Of a DNA stretch of 64,000 nt, positions 29,311-38,575 are shown in pieces. The stretch comes from an uncultured Candidatus Rokubacteria bacterium (lineage in GTDB: Bacteria; Methylomirabilota; Methylomirabilia; Rokubacteriales; DASRDR01): positions 192,001 to 256,000 of the forward strand of contig CAVPSB010000014.1 of the NCBI GenBank assembly GCA_963708025.1. The letters are read 5' to 3'. The notes beneath the pieces are model-generated. The model ran no database searches. It saw only the letters and a list, made by a program, of their open reading frames with translations, and was not told the origin of the DNA. The translations under genes and the position numbers were made by a program. Numbering within the stretch: position 1 is the stretch's first letter; every line of letters starts with the position of its first letter.

Positions 29311-30489
29311 CTAGGGGCGGGGCACCAGGAAGTAGAGGCGGCCCGGCTGCCGCATGAGGCCGGCTGCCAGCTCGGCGTCGTCGCCCCGGCCCCAGAAGAG
29401 GTCGACCCGGCCGGGTCCGCGCATCGCGCCGCCCGTGTCCTGGTTCAGCACGAAGCGCGCCAGCGGGATCCACGCGATCTGGCCGTCAGGGGCGCGACGC
29501 GGCCGCTCGGTCACCAGGAACGCGAGGGCGCCCGGCGGGAAGAGGCGGCGGTCGGTAGCGATCGAGCGCTCCGGCGTCACCGGCACCCCGAGGTAGCCGA
29601 CCGGCGGGCCGTCGAGGCGGCGGAAGAAGACGTAGGACTCGTTGTACCGGAGGACGCGGGCCCGCTCCTCCGGATGGGCGGCCAGCCACGCGCGGAGCGC
29701 GGGCAGGGAGACGGCCTCGCGCGCGAGCTGGCCCTCGTCCACGAGGAGTCGGCCGATCGGCCGATAGGGGCGGCCGTTGGCGGCGGCATAGCCCACCCGC
29801 ACCTCGCGGCCGTCGGGCAGCCGGAGGGCGCCGCTGCCCTGGATCTCCAGGACGAAGGCGTCCACGGGATCGCGGGCCCAGTAGAGCTCGAGCCCGCGCG
29901 CCGCCAGCCGGCCGGCCTCGATCTCGGCGCGGCTCCAGTAGGGGACCAGGCGGCCCTTCTCGACGCGCCCGCTGATCCGCTCGCCCCGCCACCGCGAGTC
30001 GAAGGCTTCGAGCGACACCTCGACCAGATCGTCGGGCACGCGCAGGATCGGGACCGCGTACTCGGCGCTCGGCGCCTCCGCGGCCGCGATCACCGGCTCG
30101 TAGTAACCGGTGACCAGCATCGCCCCGTCCGGACCACCCACGCTTTCCAGCACCTCGAAGCGCTCGACGATCCAGGCGGCGAGCGCGGCGGGGGGTGGGT
30201 CGTCGGCCAGCCGGGCGCGGAGGACCTCGAGGGCCCGGCGCTGCTCGGCCGCCGTCACGGTGCGCGGCCCGAAGACGAGGAGCCGGGCCGGCGGCTCGGT
30301 GGCCAGCCAGCTCAGGCTGTGCTCGACGGCCTGGCGCAGCGACGCGAGGTCGCCGTCGTCGCGGAGGGCGGGGCCGGGCGCCGGCCGCAGCGCGAGCGCG
30401 GGCTCGGTGACGGGGCGGGCCAGCCGCGGGGCGCACCCCGCGGCCCCGAGGAGACAGAGCGTGGCCAGGGCGGCCCGGGCCAGCTGCAT
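29311..30489 (-). CDS. mltA: Membrane-bound lytic murein transglycosylase A
   Basis: Lipobox AAGC, VTGYYEP, IQGSG, YNESYVFF, QDTGGAMRGPGRVDLFWG. Confidence 0.92.
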   Translation of the reverse strand: MQLARAALATLCLLGAAGCAPRLARPVTEPALALRPAPGPALRDDGDLASLRQAVEHSLSWLATEPPARLLVFGPRTVTAAEQRRALEVLRARLADDPPPAALAAWIVERFEVLESVGGPDGAMLVTGYYEPVIAAAEAPSAEYAVPILRVPDDLVEVSLEAFDSRWRGERISGRVEKGRLVPYWSRAEIEAGRLAARGLELYWARDPVDAFVLEIQGSGALRLPDGREVRVGYAAANGRPYRPIGRLLVDEGQLAREAVSLPALRAWLAAHPEERARVLRYNESYVFFRRLDGPPVGYLGVPVTPERSIATDRRLFPPGALAFLVTERPRRAPDGQIAWIPLARFVLNQDTGGAMRGPGRVDLFWGRGDDAELAAGLMRQPGRLYFLVPRP

Positions 30490-30497
30490 GATTCGCA

Positions 30498-30580
30498 ACC
30501 TCCCGCCCACCCCCCCAACCCCCCTCCCCCACCGTTCGACGGCCTTCGGCCTTTGGCCGGGGGGAGGGGGGTGCCGGAGG
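30498..30580 (-). repeat. Family-1 repeat supplying the SD of mltA
   Basis: CCTCCGGCACCCCCCTCCCCCC-GGCCAAAGGCCGAAGGCCGTC...-GGGGGAGGGGG...GGGCGGGAGGT; GGAGG 9 nt before ATG. Confidence 0.85.
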
Positions 30581-30613
30581 GACCCAGTGGCTCACGCACT
30601 CTCGGTCCCAGGC

Positions 30614-30970
30614 TCAGTCGCCAAGACGGTGATAGAGGACGTGGCGGCGGTTCTTCGTGTAGGGCCGCACCTCGCCCGGCCAGCGGCCCTGGTCCACCGC
30701 GCGCGCCCAGGCGTCGCTCACCAGCACCTCGGGGCTCGCCAGCTCGTAGAGCGCGGTGTAGGCCGGCTCGCGCGGGAGCTCGATCGTCCGGCGCTGGCCG
30801 CCGATGACCATCGTCAGCTCGCGGCGCTCGAAGCGCGCCACCGACACGACGCCCGGGACCTGGAGCAGCAGCGGCACGTGCTCCCGGTCGTAGACCTCGT
30901 TGAAGAGCGCCTCGCGCTCGGGCTCGACGTCCATGGCGGCGGTGAAGAGATAGCGGCTCTGGATCGGCAT
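30614..30970 (-). CDS. Dimeric alpha/beta-barrel (EthD/DUF4286-like) protein
   Basis: FNEVYDREHVPLLLQVPGV, YTALYEL. Confidence 0.7.
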   Translation of the reverse strand: MPIQSRYLFTAAMDVEPEREALFNEVYDREHVPLLLQVPGVVSVARFERRELTMVIGGQRRTIELPREPAYTALYELASPEVLVSDAWARAVDQGRWPGEVRPYTKNRRHVLYHRLGD

Positions 30971-31077
30971 GGGGGCCTCCTCAGCGGACACGATGACGCA
31001 TCGCGAACCACCAGCCCGGCTCGACACCGAAAGCCTGCCGGGTGGCGTCGTCGAGCGGAACGGGTCCCACCGGGCCG

Positions 31078-32877
31078 TCAGCGTCCGACGGGGCGGGTGG
31101 CCTCGGTCAGCCAGGCGGCGGTATCCGGGTTGACCAGCGGGGTGATCTCCTCGCGGACCCGCGCGTGATAGGCGTCGAGCCACGCGATCTCGTCGGGGCC
31201 GAGCGCGGCCGGCTCGACCAGCGCGAGGTCGATGGGGGCCAGGGTGAGCGTCTCGAAGCCGAAGAGCTCCAGCTCGCCTCCGGCCGGACGCGCGGGCGGC
31301 GTCACCGCGACCAGGCTCTCGATCCGGATGCCGTACTCGCCGGTCTTGTAGTACCCGGGCTCGTTCGAGACGATCATCCCCGGCCGGAGCCCCACCGTCG
31401 AGGGGTACTTCGAGATCCGGTGCGGGCCTTCGTGAACGCCGAGGTAGCTGCCGACCCCGTGGCCGGTGCCGTGGTCGAAGTCGAGGCCGGCCTCCCAGAG
31501 CGGGCGGCGGGCGAGCACGTCGAGCTGGGAGCCGCTGGTCTCCTTCGGAAAGCGCGCCGTGGCCAGGACGATGTGGCCCCGGAGGACCCGCGTGAAGCGG
31601 TCGCGCTGCTCGGCGGTCGGCGACCCGATCGCCACCGTGCGGGTGACGTCGGTGGTGCCGTCGAGGTACTGGCCGCCCGAGTTGACCAGGTACAGCATGC
31701 CGGGGCCGAGCGCCCGGTCCGTCGCCGGCGTCGCGCGGTAGTGGACGATGGCCCCGTTCGGCCCGGCACCGGAGATCGTCGGAAAGCTCGGCTCCTTGAA
31801 GAGCGGCTGCTCGGCCCGGAAGGCGTCGAGCCGATCGGCGGCGCCGGTCTCGGTGAGCCCGCCCCGCGGCGCCTCGCGGGCGATCCAGGCCAGGAACCGG
31901 CAGAGGGCGGCGCCGTCCTTGCGATGGGCCGACCGGGCCCCGGCCAGCTCCACCTCGTTCTTGCAGCCCTTGGGCAGGCTGCACGGATCGACGCCCCGCA
32001 CCACCTCGGCCCCCGCCGCGGTGAGCCGCTCGAAGATCCAGGCGGCGGCGCTGGCGGCGTCGAGCTGGACCCGCCGGCGCGCGCCGCCGAGCCGATCGAG
32101 CGCGGGCCCGAGCTCGACGGGCGGCGCCACCCGGACGTCGGGGCCGAGGTGCTCGGCCAGCCCCGGTGTCCGCTTGCGGGGATCCAGGAAGAGGTCGACG
32201 GTGGCGTCCCGGTCGACCAGAGCGAACGCCAGCGGCAGGGGCGTGTAGCGCACGTCGGCGCCGCGGATGTTGAGGAGCCAGGCGACGGAGTCGGGCGCGG
32301 TCAGCACCGCGGCGTCCACCCGGGCCTCGGCCAGGGCGCCGGCGATCTCCCGCCGCTTGTCGACGGAGGCGCGGCCGGCGTAGGCGAGGTCGTGCGGGAC
32401 GACCGGCGCCCGCGGCGGCTCCGGGCGATCGAGCCAGATGGCGTCGATCGGATTCGACGGGCAGGGGACCAGCTCAGCGCCCGCCCGCCGGCAGGCGGCG
32501 CGCAGCCGCTCGACGCCCTCGACCGTGTGGAGCCACGGGTCGTAGCCGAGGCGGTCACCCGCCTTCAGGCGCCCGGCGATCCAGTCGGTCGGCGGGCTCT
32601 GGGTGACGTGGTGATACTCGACGAGCGCCGCCGGGACCTGCTGGCGGACCTGCAGGGTGTAGCGTCCGTCCACGAAGATCGCCGCCGCGTCGGCCAGGAT
32701 CACCGCCAGGCCGGCCGATCCGGTGAAGCCGGTCAGCCAGGCCAGACGCTCGGCGTGGGGCGGCACGTACTCGCCCTGGTGCTCGTCGGCGCGCGGCACC
32801 AGGAAGCCGGCGAGTCCATGTCGCTTCAGCTCCGCGCGGAGCGCCTCGAGTCGGGCGGGACCGTCGGCCACCGTCAT
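31078..32877 (-). CDS. Xaa-Pro aminopeptidase (aminopeptidase P, M24B)
   Basis: DEHQGEY, TGFTGSAG, GQYLDGTTDVTRT, HGTGHGVG, HEGP, SNEPGYY, GIRIE. Confidence 0.95.
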   Translation of the reverse strand: MTVADGPARLEALRAELKRHGLAGFLVPRADEHQGEYVPPHAERLAWLTGFTGSAGLAVILADAAAIFVDGRYTLQVRQQVPAALVEYHHVTQSPPTDWIAGRLKAGDRLGYDPWLHTVEGVERLRAACRRAGAELVPCPSNPIDAIWLDRPEPPRAPVVPHDLAYAGRASVDKRREIAGALAEARVDAAVLTAPDSVAWLLNIRGADVRYTPLPLAFALVDRDATVDLFLDPRKRTPGLAEHLGPDVRVAPPVELGPALDRLGGARRRVQLDAASAAAWIFERLTAAGAEVVRGVDPCSLPKGCKNEVELAGARSAHRKDGAALCRFLAWIAREAPRGGLTETGAADRLDAFRAEQPLFKEPSFPTISGAGPNGAIVHYRATPATDRALGPGMLYLVNSGGQYLDGTTDVTRTVAIGSPTAEQRDRFTRVLRGHIVLATARFPKETSGSQLDVLARRPLWEAGLDFDHGTGHGVGSYLGVHEGPHRISKYPSTVGLRPGMIVSNEPGYYKTGEYGIRIESLVAVTPPARPAGGELELFGFETLTLAPIDLALVEPAALGPDEIAWLDAYHARVREEITPLVNPDTAAWLTEATRPVGR

Positions 32878-33016
32878 GCGTGTGCCTCCTCCTGCTGCTG
32901 GCGGCTGCTGGCGGATGCGGGCGAATGCCGGGCGCGCGTGCCTCGCGTATGATATCTGTGATGGCCCTCGATCGCCACCACGTCACGACCCGCCGCCAGG
33001 TGGGGAAGGAGCCGAC

Positions 33017-34426
33017 ATGACCGCCGAGCCGTCGTCGTCCGCCACCCTCGAGGCGCTGGACAAGGAGAGCGTCCTCCATCCCGCCACCTCGATCGCCGAT
33101 CACCTGAAGACCGGGCCGCGGATCATGGCGGAGGGCGCCGGGGTGATGCTGACCGACATCACGGGCCGGAAGTACATCGACGCGGTCGCCGGGCTCTGGT
33201 GCGTGAACATCGGCTACGGTCGCACCGAGGTCGCCGACGCGATGGCCGCCCAGTCCCGCCGGCTCGCCTACTACCATACGTTCTCGTCCATGTCGAACGA
33301 GCCCCAGATCCGCCTGGCCGACCGCCTCCTGAAAATCGCCCCCGGCCGGATGAGCAAGGTCTTCTTCGGCAACTCGGGGTCGGAGGCGAACGACACCCAG
33401 GTGAAGCTGGTCTGGTACTACAACAACCTGCGCGGCTTGCCGCGGAAGAAGAAGATCGTCGCCCGGCTCCTGGCCTACCACGGCACCACCGTCGCGACCG
33501 CCAGCCTGACGGGGCTCCCGGCCTTCCACAAGGCCTTCGACCTGCCGATCGCCGGGATCCTCCACACCGCGACGCCGTACTCCTACCGGGACGCCGCCCC
33601 CGGCCAGTCGGAGGAGGCCTACGCGGCGGCGCTGGCGGCCGAGCTGGACCGGCTCATCGAGCGGGAGGGGCCCGACACGGTGGCGGCCTTCATCGCCGAG
33701 CCGGTGATGGGCGCCGGGGGCGTGCTGGTCCCGCCGGCCACGTACTTCGAGAAGGTGCAGGCGGTCCTGCGCAAGCACGACGTCCTGATGATCGCCGACG
33801 AGGTGATCTGCGGCTTCGGGCGGCTCGGGCGGAACTTCGGCTCGGAGGTGTTCGGGATCGAGCCCGACCTGGTGACGGCGGCCAAGGGACTGACCAGCGG
33901 CTACTTCCCGCTCTCGGCGTGCTTCGTCTCGGAGCGGGTCTGGGCGGTGCTGGCCGAGGCCTCGCCCCAGACCGGTGCTTTCGCCCACGGCTTCACCTAC
34001 AGCGGTCACCCGGTGGGCGCGGCGGCGGCCATGGCGAACCTCGACATCCTGCTCGGCGAGGACATGGTCGGCAACGCGGCGCGGGTCGGCGGCTACTTCC
34101 AGGCGCGGCTCCGCGAGGCGGTCGGGGGCCATCCCCTGGTGGGGGAGGTCCGCGGCGTCGGCCTCATCGCCGGCGTCGAGCTGGTCGCCGACAAGGCCGC
34201 GAAGCGGGCGTTCGCGCCGGAGACCAAGGTGGCCCAGCGCGTCGCCCAGCGGTGCCTGGAGGACGGGCTGATCGTGCGCGCGCTGCCGGTCGGTCACGTC
34301 GTGGCCTTCTCGCCGCCCCTCTGCATCACGCGGGAGCAGGTGGACCGGGTCATCGAGGGCTTCGGCCGCGGGCTGGCCGCGGTCGCCGACGACCTGGTCC
34401 GCCAGGGCGAGTGGAAGGCGGCCTGA
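33017..34426 (+). CDS. Class III aminotransferase (omega-amine/taurine-pyruvate-like)
   Basis: DAVAGLWCVNIGYG, SGSEAND, AFIAEPVMGAGG, DEVICGFGR, AKGLTSGY, HGFTYSGHP. Confidence 0.93.
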   Translation: MTAEPSSSATLEALDKESVLHPATSIADHLKTGPRIMAEGAGVMLTDITGRKYIDAVAGLWCVNIGYGRTEVADAMAAQSRRLAYYHTFSSMSNEPQIRLADRLLKIAPGRMSKVFFGNSGSEANDTQVKLVWYYNNLRGLPRKKKIVARLLAYHGTTVATASLTGLPAFHKAFDLPIAGILHTATPYSYRDAAPGQSEEAYAAALAAELDRLIEREGPDTVAAFIAEPVMGAGGVLVPPATYFEKVQAVLRKHDVLMIADEVICGFGRLGRNFGSEVFGIEPDLVTAAKGLTSGYFPLSACFVSERVWAVLAEASPQTGAFAHGFTYSGHPVGAAAAMANLDILLGEDMVGNAARVGGYFQARLREAVGGHPLVGEVRGVGLIAGVELVADKAAKRAFAPETKVAQRVAQRCLEDGLIVRALPVGHVVAFSPPLCITREQVDRVIEGFGRGLAAVADDLVRQGEWKAA

Positions 34427-34429
34427 GCC

Positions 34430-35140
34430 GTGCCGGACTGGAGCGCGATCGAGCGCACGCTGTCCGAGACCGCGGGTTCGCGCCGCCGGCCGGTGGCGGT
34501 CGCCTTCCGGGACGTGCCGCCGGCCGGCGTCAGCCGGTTCACCGGCCGCGAGCCGTCGGGCTGTAGCTTCTGGCGGCTGGCCGCCGATGGTCGCGCCTTC
34601 TACACCGTTCCCGGCGACCACGCGAACTGCGCCGTCGGGAGCTACACCCACAACATCCCCTTGCCGGCCGAGCGCGTCGCCGAGCTGGAGCAGACGCTCG
34701 GCTTCATGACGGGTCTCGGCTACGTCCGGATCGAGGAGGTGCCGGGGATTCCGCGGCTCCCCAAGACGCCCGGCGCGGTGGTCTACGCGCCCCTCGGCGC
34801 GACCCCGGTGGATCCGGACGTGGTCCTGATCGCCGGGCGGCCGGGCCGCCTGATGTGGCTCTACGAGGCCGCGGTGCGGGCCGGGGTGACGCCGCAGCTC
34901 CCGCTGCTCGGCCGGCCCACCTGCATGGCCTTGCCCGCCGCCCTCGGGGGCGGCGTGGCGATGAGCCTGGGGTGCGTGGGGAACCGGGTCTACACCGACC
35001 TTGCCGAGGATGAGCTGTACGTCGCCCTCCCGGGGCGCGAGCTGCCGCGCGTGGTCGCCGAGCTGGACACGATCGCCGCCGCCAATGCCGCCCTCGCCGA
35101 CTATCATCGGGGCCGCCGCGCCGAGCTGGCAACAGACTAG
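34430..35140 (+). CDS. DUF169 family protein
   Basis: PVAVAF, CSFW, NCAVG, PTC, SLGCVGNR. Confidence 0.75.
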   Translation: MPDWSAIERTLSETAGSRRRPVAVAFRDVPPAGVSRFTGREPSGCSFWRLAADGRAFYTVPGDHANCAVGSYTHNIPLPAERVAELEQTLGFMTGLGYVRIEEVPGIPRLPKTPGAVVYAPLGATPVDPDVVLIAGRPGRLMWLYEAAVRAGVTPQLPLLGRPTCMALPAALGGGVAMSLGCVGNRVYTDLAEDELYVALPGRELPRVVAELDTIAAANAALADYHRGRRAELATD

Positions 35141-35279
35141 ATGGTCTGATCAACGGCCGTTCGCAGAAGGGGCACGAAGAGCGGCCGAGCGACTCACGGT
35201 GCTTGGGCCGTGCCGTCGTTGCTGGGCAATGATTCAGAGGCCGACGGGCCCGCGTGCCTCCCAGACAGCGACCCCCAGT

Positions 35280-35324
35280 ATAACAATTATGTGCTTGACC
35301 CACTGATAACTCTATTGTTATCGT
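35280..35324 (+). promoter_or_regulatory. TA promoter/operator
   Basis: TTGACC-N18-TATCGT with extended TG; palindromes GATAAC-N6-GTTATC and ATAACAAT/ATTGTTAT. Confidence 0.7.
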
Positions 35325-35331
35325 GACGGCG

Positions 35332-35685
35332 ATGAGCGATGTCCACTGGGATGTGGACGACTATAGGACGGAGGCCGGTGGGCGTCCAGTGAGGGAGTTC
35401 CTCACGGGCCTGTCGAAGCCGGCGAAGCCGAAGGTGTACGCGGCGCTCGCGATGTTGGAGCAGTACGGGAACTTGCTCAAGATGCCGAGGTCCAAGCCGA
35501 TGGGGGCAGGTCTCTACGAGTTGAGAATTGCCCACTCGGAAGGGGCCATTCGGATTCTCTACTGCTTCCGGCCGGAGCGTCGGATCGTGCTCCTGCACGG
35601 TTTCGTGAAGAAGACGGAGCAAACATCGAAAGGTGACTTGGACGTCGCCCGGAGCCGGAAGCGGGCGGTGGAACAGGAGGGATAA
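35332..35685 (+). CDS. RelE/HigB (Gp49-like) toxin
   Basis: YRTEAGGRPVREFL, GLYELRI, IRILYCF, IVLLHGFVKKT. Confidence 0.88.
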   Translation: MSDVHWDVDDYRTEAGGRPVREFLTGLSKPAKPKVYAALAMLEQYGNLLKMPRSKPMGAGLYELRIAHSEGAIRILYCFRPERRIVLLHGFVKKTEQTSKGDLDVARSRKRAVEQEG

Positions 35686-35689
35686 GGGG

Positions 35690-36043
35690 ATGGCGAAGCG
35701 AAAGACTCTGATGGAGGAGATTCGGGGGGAGCTGTCTCGCGACAGCGAGCTGAACGCGGCGTTTCAGATGGAGCTTGCTCGGCTGAAGCTGGCGAATCAG
35801 ATCACGATCGCGCGGCAGCGCGCCGGGCTTAGCCAAGCTCAGCTTGCGGAGCGGATTGGCACCAAGCAGACTGGCGTCGCGCGAATGGAGCGCGCCAGCT
35901 ATACCGGGTACACAACCACGACCCTGGCGAAGATCGCCGCGGCGACCGGCAGTACCTTGCAGGTGCAGTTGATGCCGAGGCCGCATCGACCGCGGTCTGT
36001 CCGCCATTTTGAACGCGCGCATTCAGGCTCTGGCGTGCGATAG
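35690..36043 (+). CDS. HigA-like XRE HTH antitoxin
   Basis: ARQRAGLSQAQLAERIGTKQTGVARME; directly after the toxin. Confidence 0.88.
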   Translation: MAKRKTLMEEIRGELSRDSELNAAFQMELARLKLANQITIARQRAGLSQAQLAERIGTKQTGVARMERASYTGYTTTTLAKIAAATGSTLQVQLMPRPHRPRSVRHFERAHSGSGVR

Positions 36044-36151
36044 CGGGTCAACGGTCTCAGGCGCCGAGCCAGACGCGGGGTCCTCGCGCATGGCCCCATG
36101 TCAACCAATCGGGGGCTGCCCGCGTTATTCCTCCATGGGACCGATCGGCGG

Positions 36152-36684
36152 ATGAAGGCCGTGGTCGACCTCTCGCCCTCGCCGACCGAGTGCGAGGCGC
36201 TCTACCGCGAGCACGGGGGGCGGGTGGTGCGTCTCGCGCGCCTGCTGCTGGACGACCGGCAGGAGGCCCAGGACGTGGCGCAGGAGGTCTTCCTCAAGCT
36301 GCTCCGGGCCCATCCGGCCGTGGACCGGCCGATGCGGTGGGGACCGTGGCTCACGGGGTCACGGTCAACGCCTGCCGCGACCGGCGACGCTCGGGGTGGT
36401 GGCGATGGTGGCGGGGCCTCCATGAGCCGATCGAGGACGTGGCAGTCGTCGACGTGGCCCCGACCCCCGAGCGGGCGGCGCTGGACGCCGTCGGCCGCGA
36501 GCGGATCGGGCGGGTCTTTCGCCAGCTTCCCGCACGACAGCGCGAGGCCGTGGTCCTTCGCTACGTCGAGGGCTGGTCGACCCGGGAGGTCGCCGACGAG
36601 CTTGGCGTGACGACCGGCAGCGTCAAGCGGCATTTGTTTCGGGCCGTCCAGCGGTTGCGGGCTGCCCTGGGAGACGGGACATGA
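36152..36684 (+). CDS. ECF sigma-70 factor, indel near 36355
   Basis: EAQDVAQEVFL, WL, LPARQREAVVLRY, EVADELGVTTGSVKRHLFRA. Confidence 0.88.
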
Positions 36685-37202
36685 GGCGCTGCGTATCCGA
36701 CCGGACGCTCTGGCTGGTGCACGAGGGGGAGGGGCAGCCGGAGGAGCAGACCCACGTGCGGGCCTGTCCCCGGTGCGTCGCGCGCCGTGACCGCCTGACT
36801 CATGACCTGGACACCCTGAGCTCCACGCTCCGCGCGCTCCCGGCCGGGGCGCCCCGCCGCCACGAGGCCGTCGCCGGCGGGTGGCGTCGCGTGGCGGTGG
36901 CGGCGATGCTCGTCGGCGTCGTGGCGGTCGCCGGCGTCGGAGCCTGGCACGCGCGACCGTCGCGGCCCCCCGCGCCGGCCCGCTCGGGCAGCGCCGAGGT
37001 CGTCCCGTTCCTCGGCGACGTCTCCAGCGCTCTCGCCCCGGCGGGATCCTCGGCGCCGGTGGCCATCGAGGCCGCCTGGCTCGACGACGACCTGGTCGCG
37101 GCCACCGTGTCATCCGAAACCGGTCTCGAACCGTTATTCTCGTGGGATCCCGCGTTGGATCGTGACGTCAACCGGGATGCCGCGACCGAATCCGACACAT
37201 GA
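36681..37202 (+). CDS. Putative zinc-binding membrane anti-sigma factor
   Basis: HVRACPRC (HxxxCxxC), one TM, ATGA overlap with the sigma gene. Confidence 0.75.
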   Translation: MRRCVSDRTLWLVHEGEGQPEEQTHVRACPRCVARRDRLTHDLDTLSSTLRALPAGAPRRHEAVAGGWRRVAVAAMLVGVVAVAGVGAWHARPSRPPAPARSGSAEVVPFLGDVSSALAPAGSSAPVAIEAAWLDDDLVAATVSSETGLEPLFSWDPALDRDVNRDAATESDT

Positions 37203-37717
37203 GGAGGCTCCTGATGCGATCAGGATGGCGATGGGCGGCAGGACTGGTCGGTCTCCTGGCGATCAGCCTGTCCGCGACGACGGCCGGGGCCCAGGGGATG
37301 CCGATGCGAGGTGGCTGGCACGGTCCGGGCGGTGGTCCGGACGCAGGGGGAGAGGTCTTCCCACTGCGCATGATCCTGAGAAGCGTCGGCCTGACGGACG
37401 CGCAGCGGGATCAGGTGCGGCAGATCCTGGCCAGTCACCGGCCGCGCTTCCAGGCCTTGCGGGGTCAGATCCGGACCCTCACCACACAGTTGACCGACAA
37501 GCTCTACGCGGCCGGCGCGGTGAGCGCCGACGAGGCCTCGGCGATCCGGCAGCAGATCAGCCAGCTCCGTGACCAGCTCGGTCAGGAAGGTCTCCAGACG
37601 GCTCTGGAGATCCGCAACGTGCTCACGCCGGACCAGCTCGCCAAGGCGGCGCAGATCCGGCAGCGGATGCAGGAGCTGCGGGCCGAGATGCAGAGCCTGA
37701 TGGGTGGGAATCCGTAG
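37199..37717 (+). CDS. Spy/CpxP family periplasmic protein
   Basis: Signal peptide, LTDAQ and VLTPDQ (LTxxQ) motifs. Confidence 0.85.
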   Translation: MRRLLMRSGWRWAAGLVGLLAISLSATTAGAQGMPMRGGWHGPGGGPDAGGEVFPLRMILRSVGLTDAQRDQVRQILASHRPRFQALRGQIRTLTTQLTDKLYAAGAVSADEASAIRQQISQLRDQLGQEGLQTALEIRNVLTPDQLAKAAQIRQRMQELRAEMQSLMGGNP

Positions 37718-37756
37718 GTCACCGGGACACTGAGAGAGTTCGCGAAGCACCCGGTC

Positions 37757-37838
37757 CCTCCGGCCCTCCTCATGGGGTGCGGCCGGAGGGACCGGAGTCT
37801 GCCCACGGGCCGGAGGGGGCTTGGGATGGGCGGGAGGT
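37757..37838 (+). repeat. Family-1 repeat variant supplying the SD of the HEAT gene
   Basis: CCTCCGGCCCTCC...GGAGGGGG...TGGGCGGGAGGT; GGAGG 7 nt before ATG 37845. Confidence 0.65.
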
Positions 37839-37844
37839 TCCGAG

Positions 37845-38534
37845 ATGAGCGCTCCGCTCACGCTCCGGCCGACGGCATGGTCGATCTCGCGGTGGCTGGT
37901 CGTCGTGCTCGCGCTCGCGAGCTGCAGCGGCCAGCCGGGCCACGAGGGCCGTAGCCTGGCCGACTGGCAGGCTGATCTCCACGGCGCCTCCGCGGAGGCG
38001 CGACTCCGCGCCGTCCAGGCGCTCGGCCGCGCCGGCGTCCCCGCGGTGCCGGCGCTCGGCGCCGCGCTGCGGAGTCCCGACCCGGCGGTGCGGACGAGCG
38101 CCGCCCGCAGCCTCGGGCGGCTCGGGCCGCTGGCCGCCGAGACGGTGCCCGACCTGGGGGCGCTTCTCGCCTACGACTCCGAAACTGACGTTCGGGTCGC
38201 GGCCGCCGAGGCGCTGGGTCGCATGGGCGACGCGGCGGACGAGGCGGTTCCGGGCCTGACGCGCAGCATCGCGGACCGCGATCCCGACGTGCGCTCGAGC
38301 GCCGCGCTGGCGCTGGGACGCATCGGCACCAGCGACCCGGCAGCGGTCGCGGGCCTCGCCCGGAGTCTCAAGGATCCGCGCACTCACGTCCGCGCGAGCG
38401 CGGCGGCCGCGCTGGGCCAGCTCGGCGCCGACGCCCGGGAGGCGATCCCGGCGCTGCAGGAGGCCCTGGAGGACTCGAGGCCGCTCGTCCGGTCACTGGC
38501 CGACGAGGCCCTGCGGCGCATCGACCTCGAGTAG
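37845..38534 (+). CDS. HEAT-repeat lipoprotein
   Basis: LASC lipobox, repeated D.DVR..AA.ALG. Confidence 0.85.
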   Translation: MSAPLTLRPTAWSISRWLVVVLALASCSGQPGHEGRSLADWQADLHGASAEARLRAVQALGRAGVPAVPALGAALRSPDPAVRTSAARSLGRLGPLAAETVPDLGALLAYDSETDVRVAAAEALGRMGDAADEAVPGLTRSIADRDPDVRSSAALALGRIGTSDPAAVAGLARSLKDPRTHVRASAAAALGQLGADAREAIPALQEALEDSRPLVRSLADEALRRIDLE

Positions 38535-38536
38535 AT

Positions 38537-38575
38537 CCCCTCACCCTGACCCTCTCCCCCGATGGGGAGAGGGGA
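38537..38575. repeat. Family-2 REP-like palindrome between convergent genes, possible terminator
   Basis: CCCCTCACCCTGA-CCCTCTCCCC-CGAT-GGGGAGAGGG. Confidence 0.75.
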
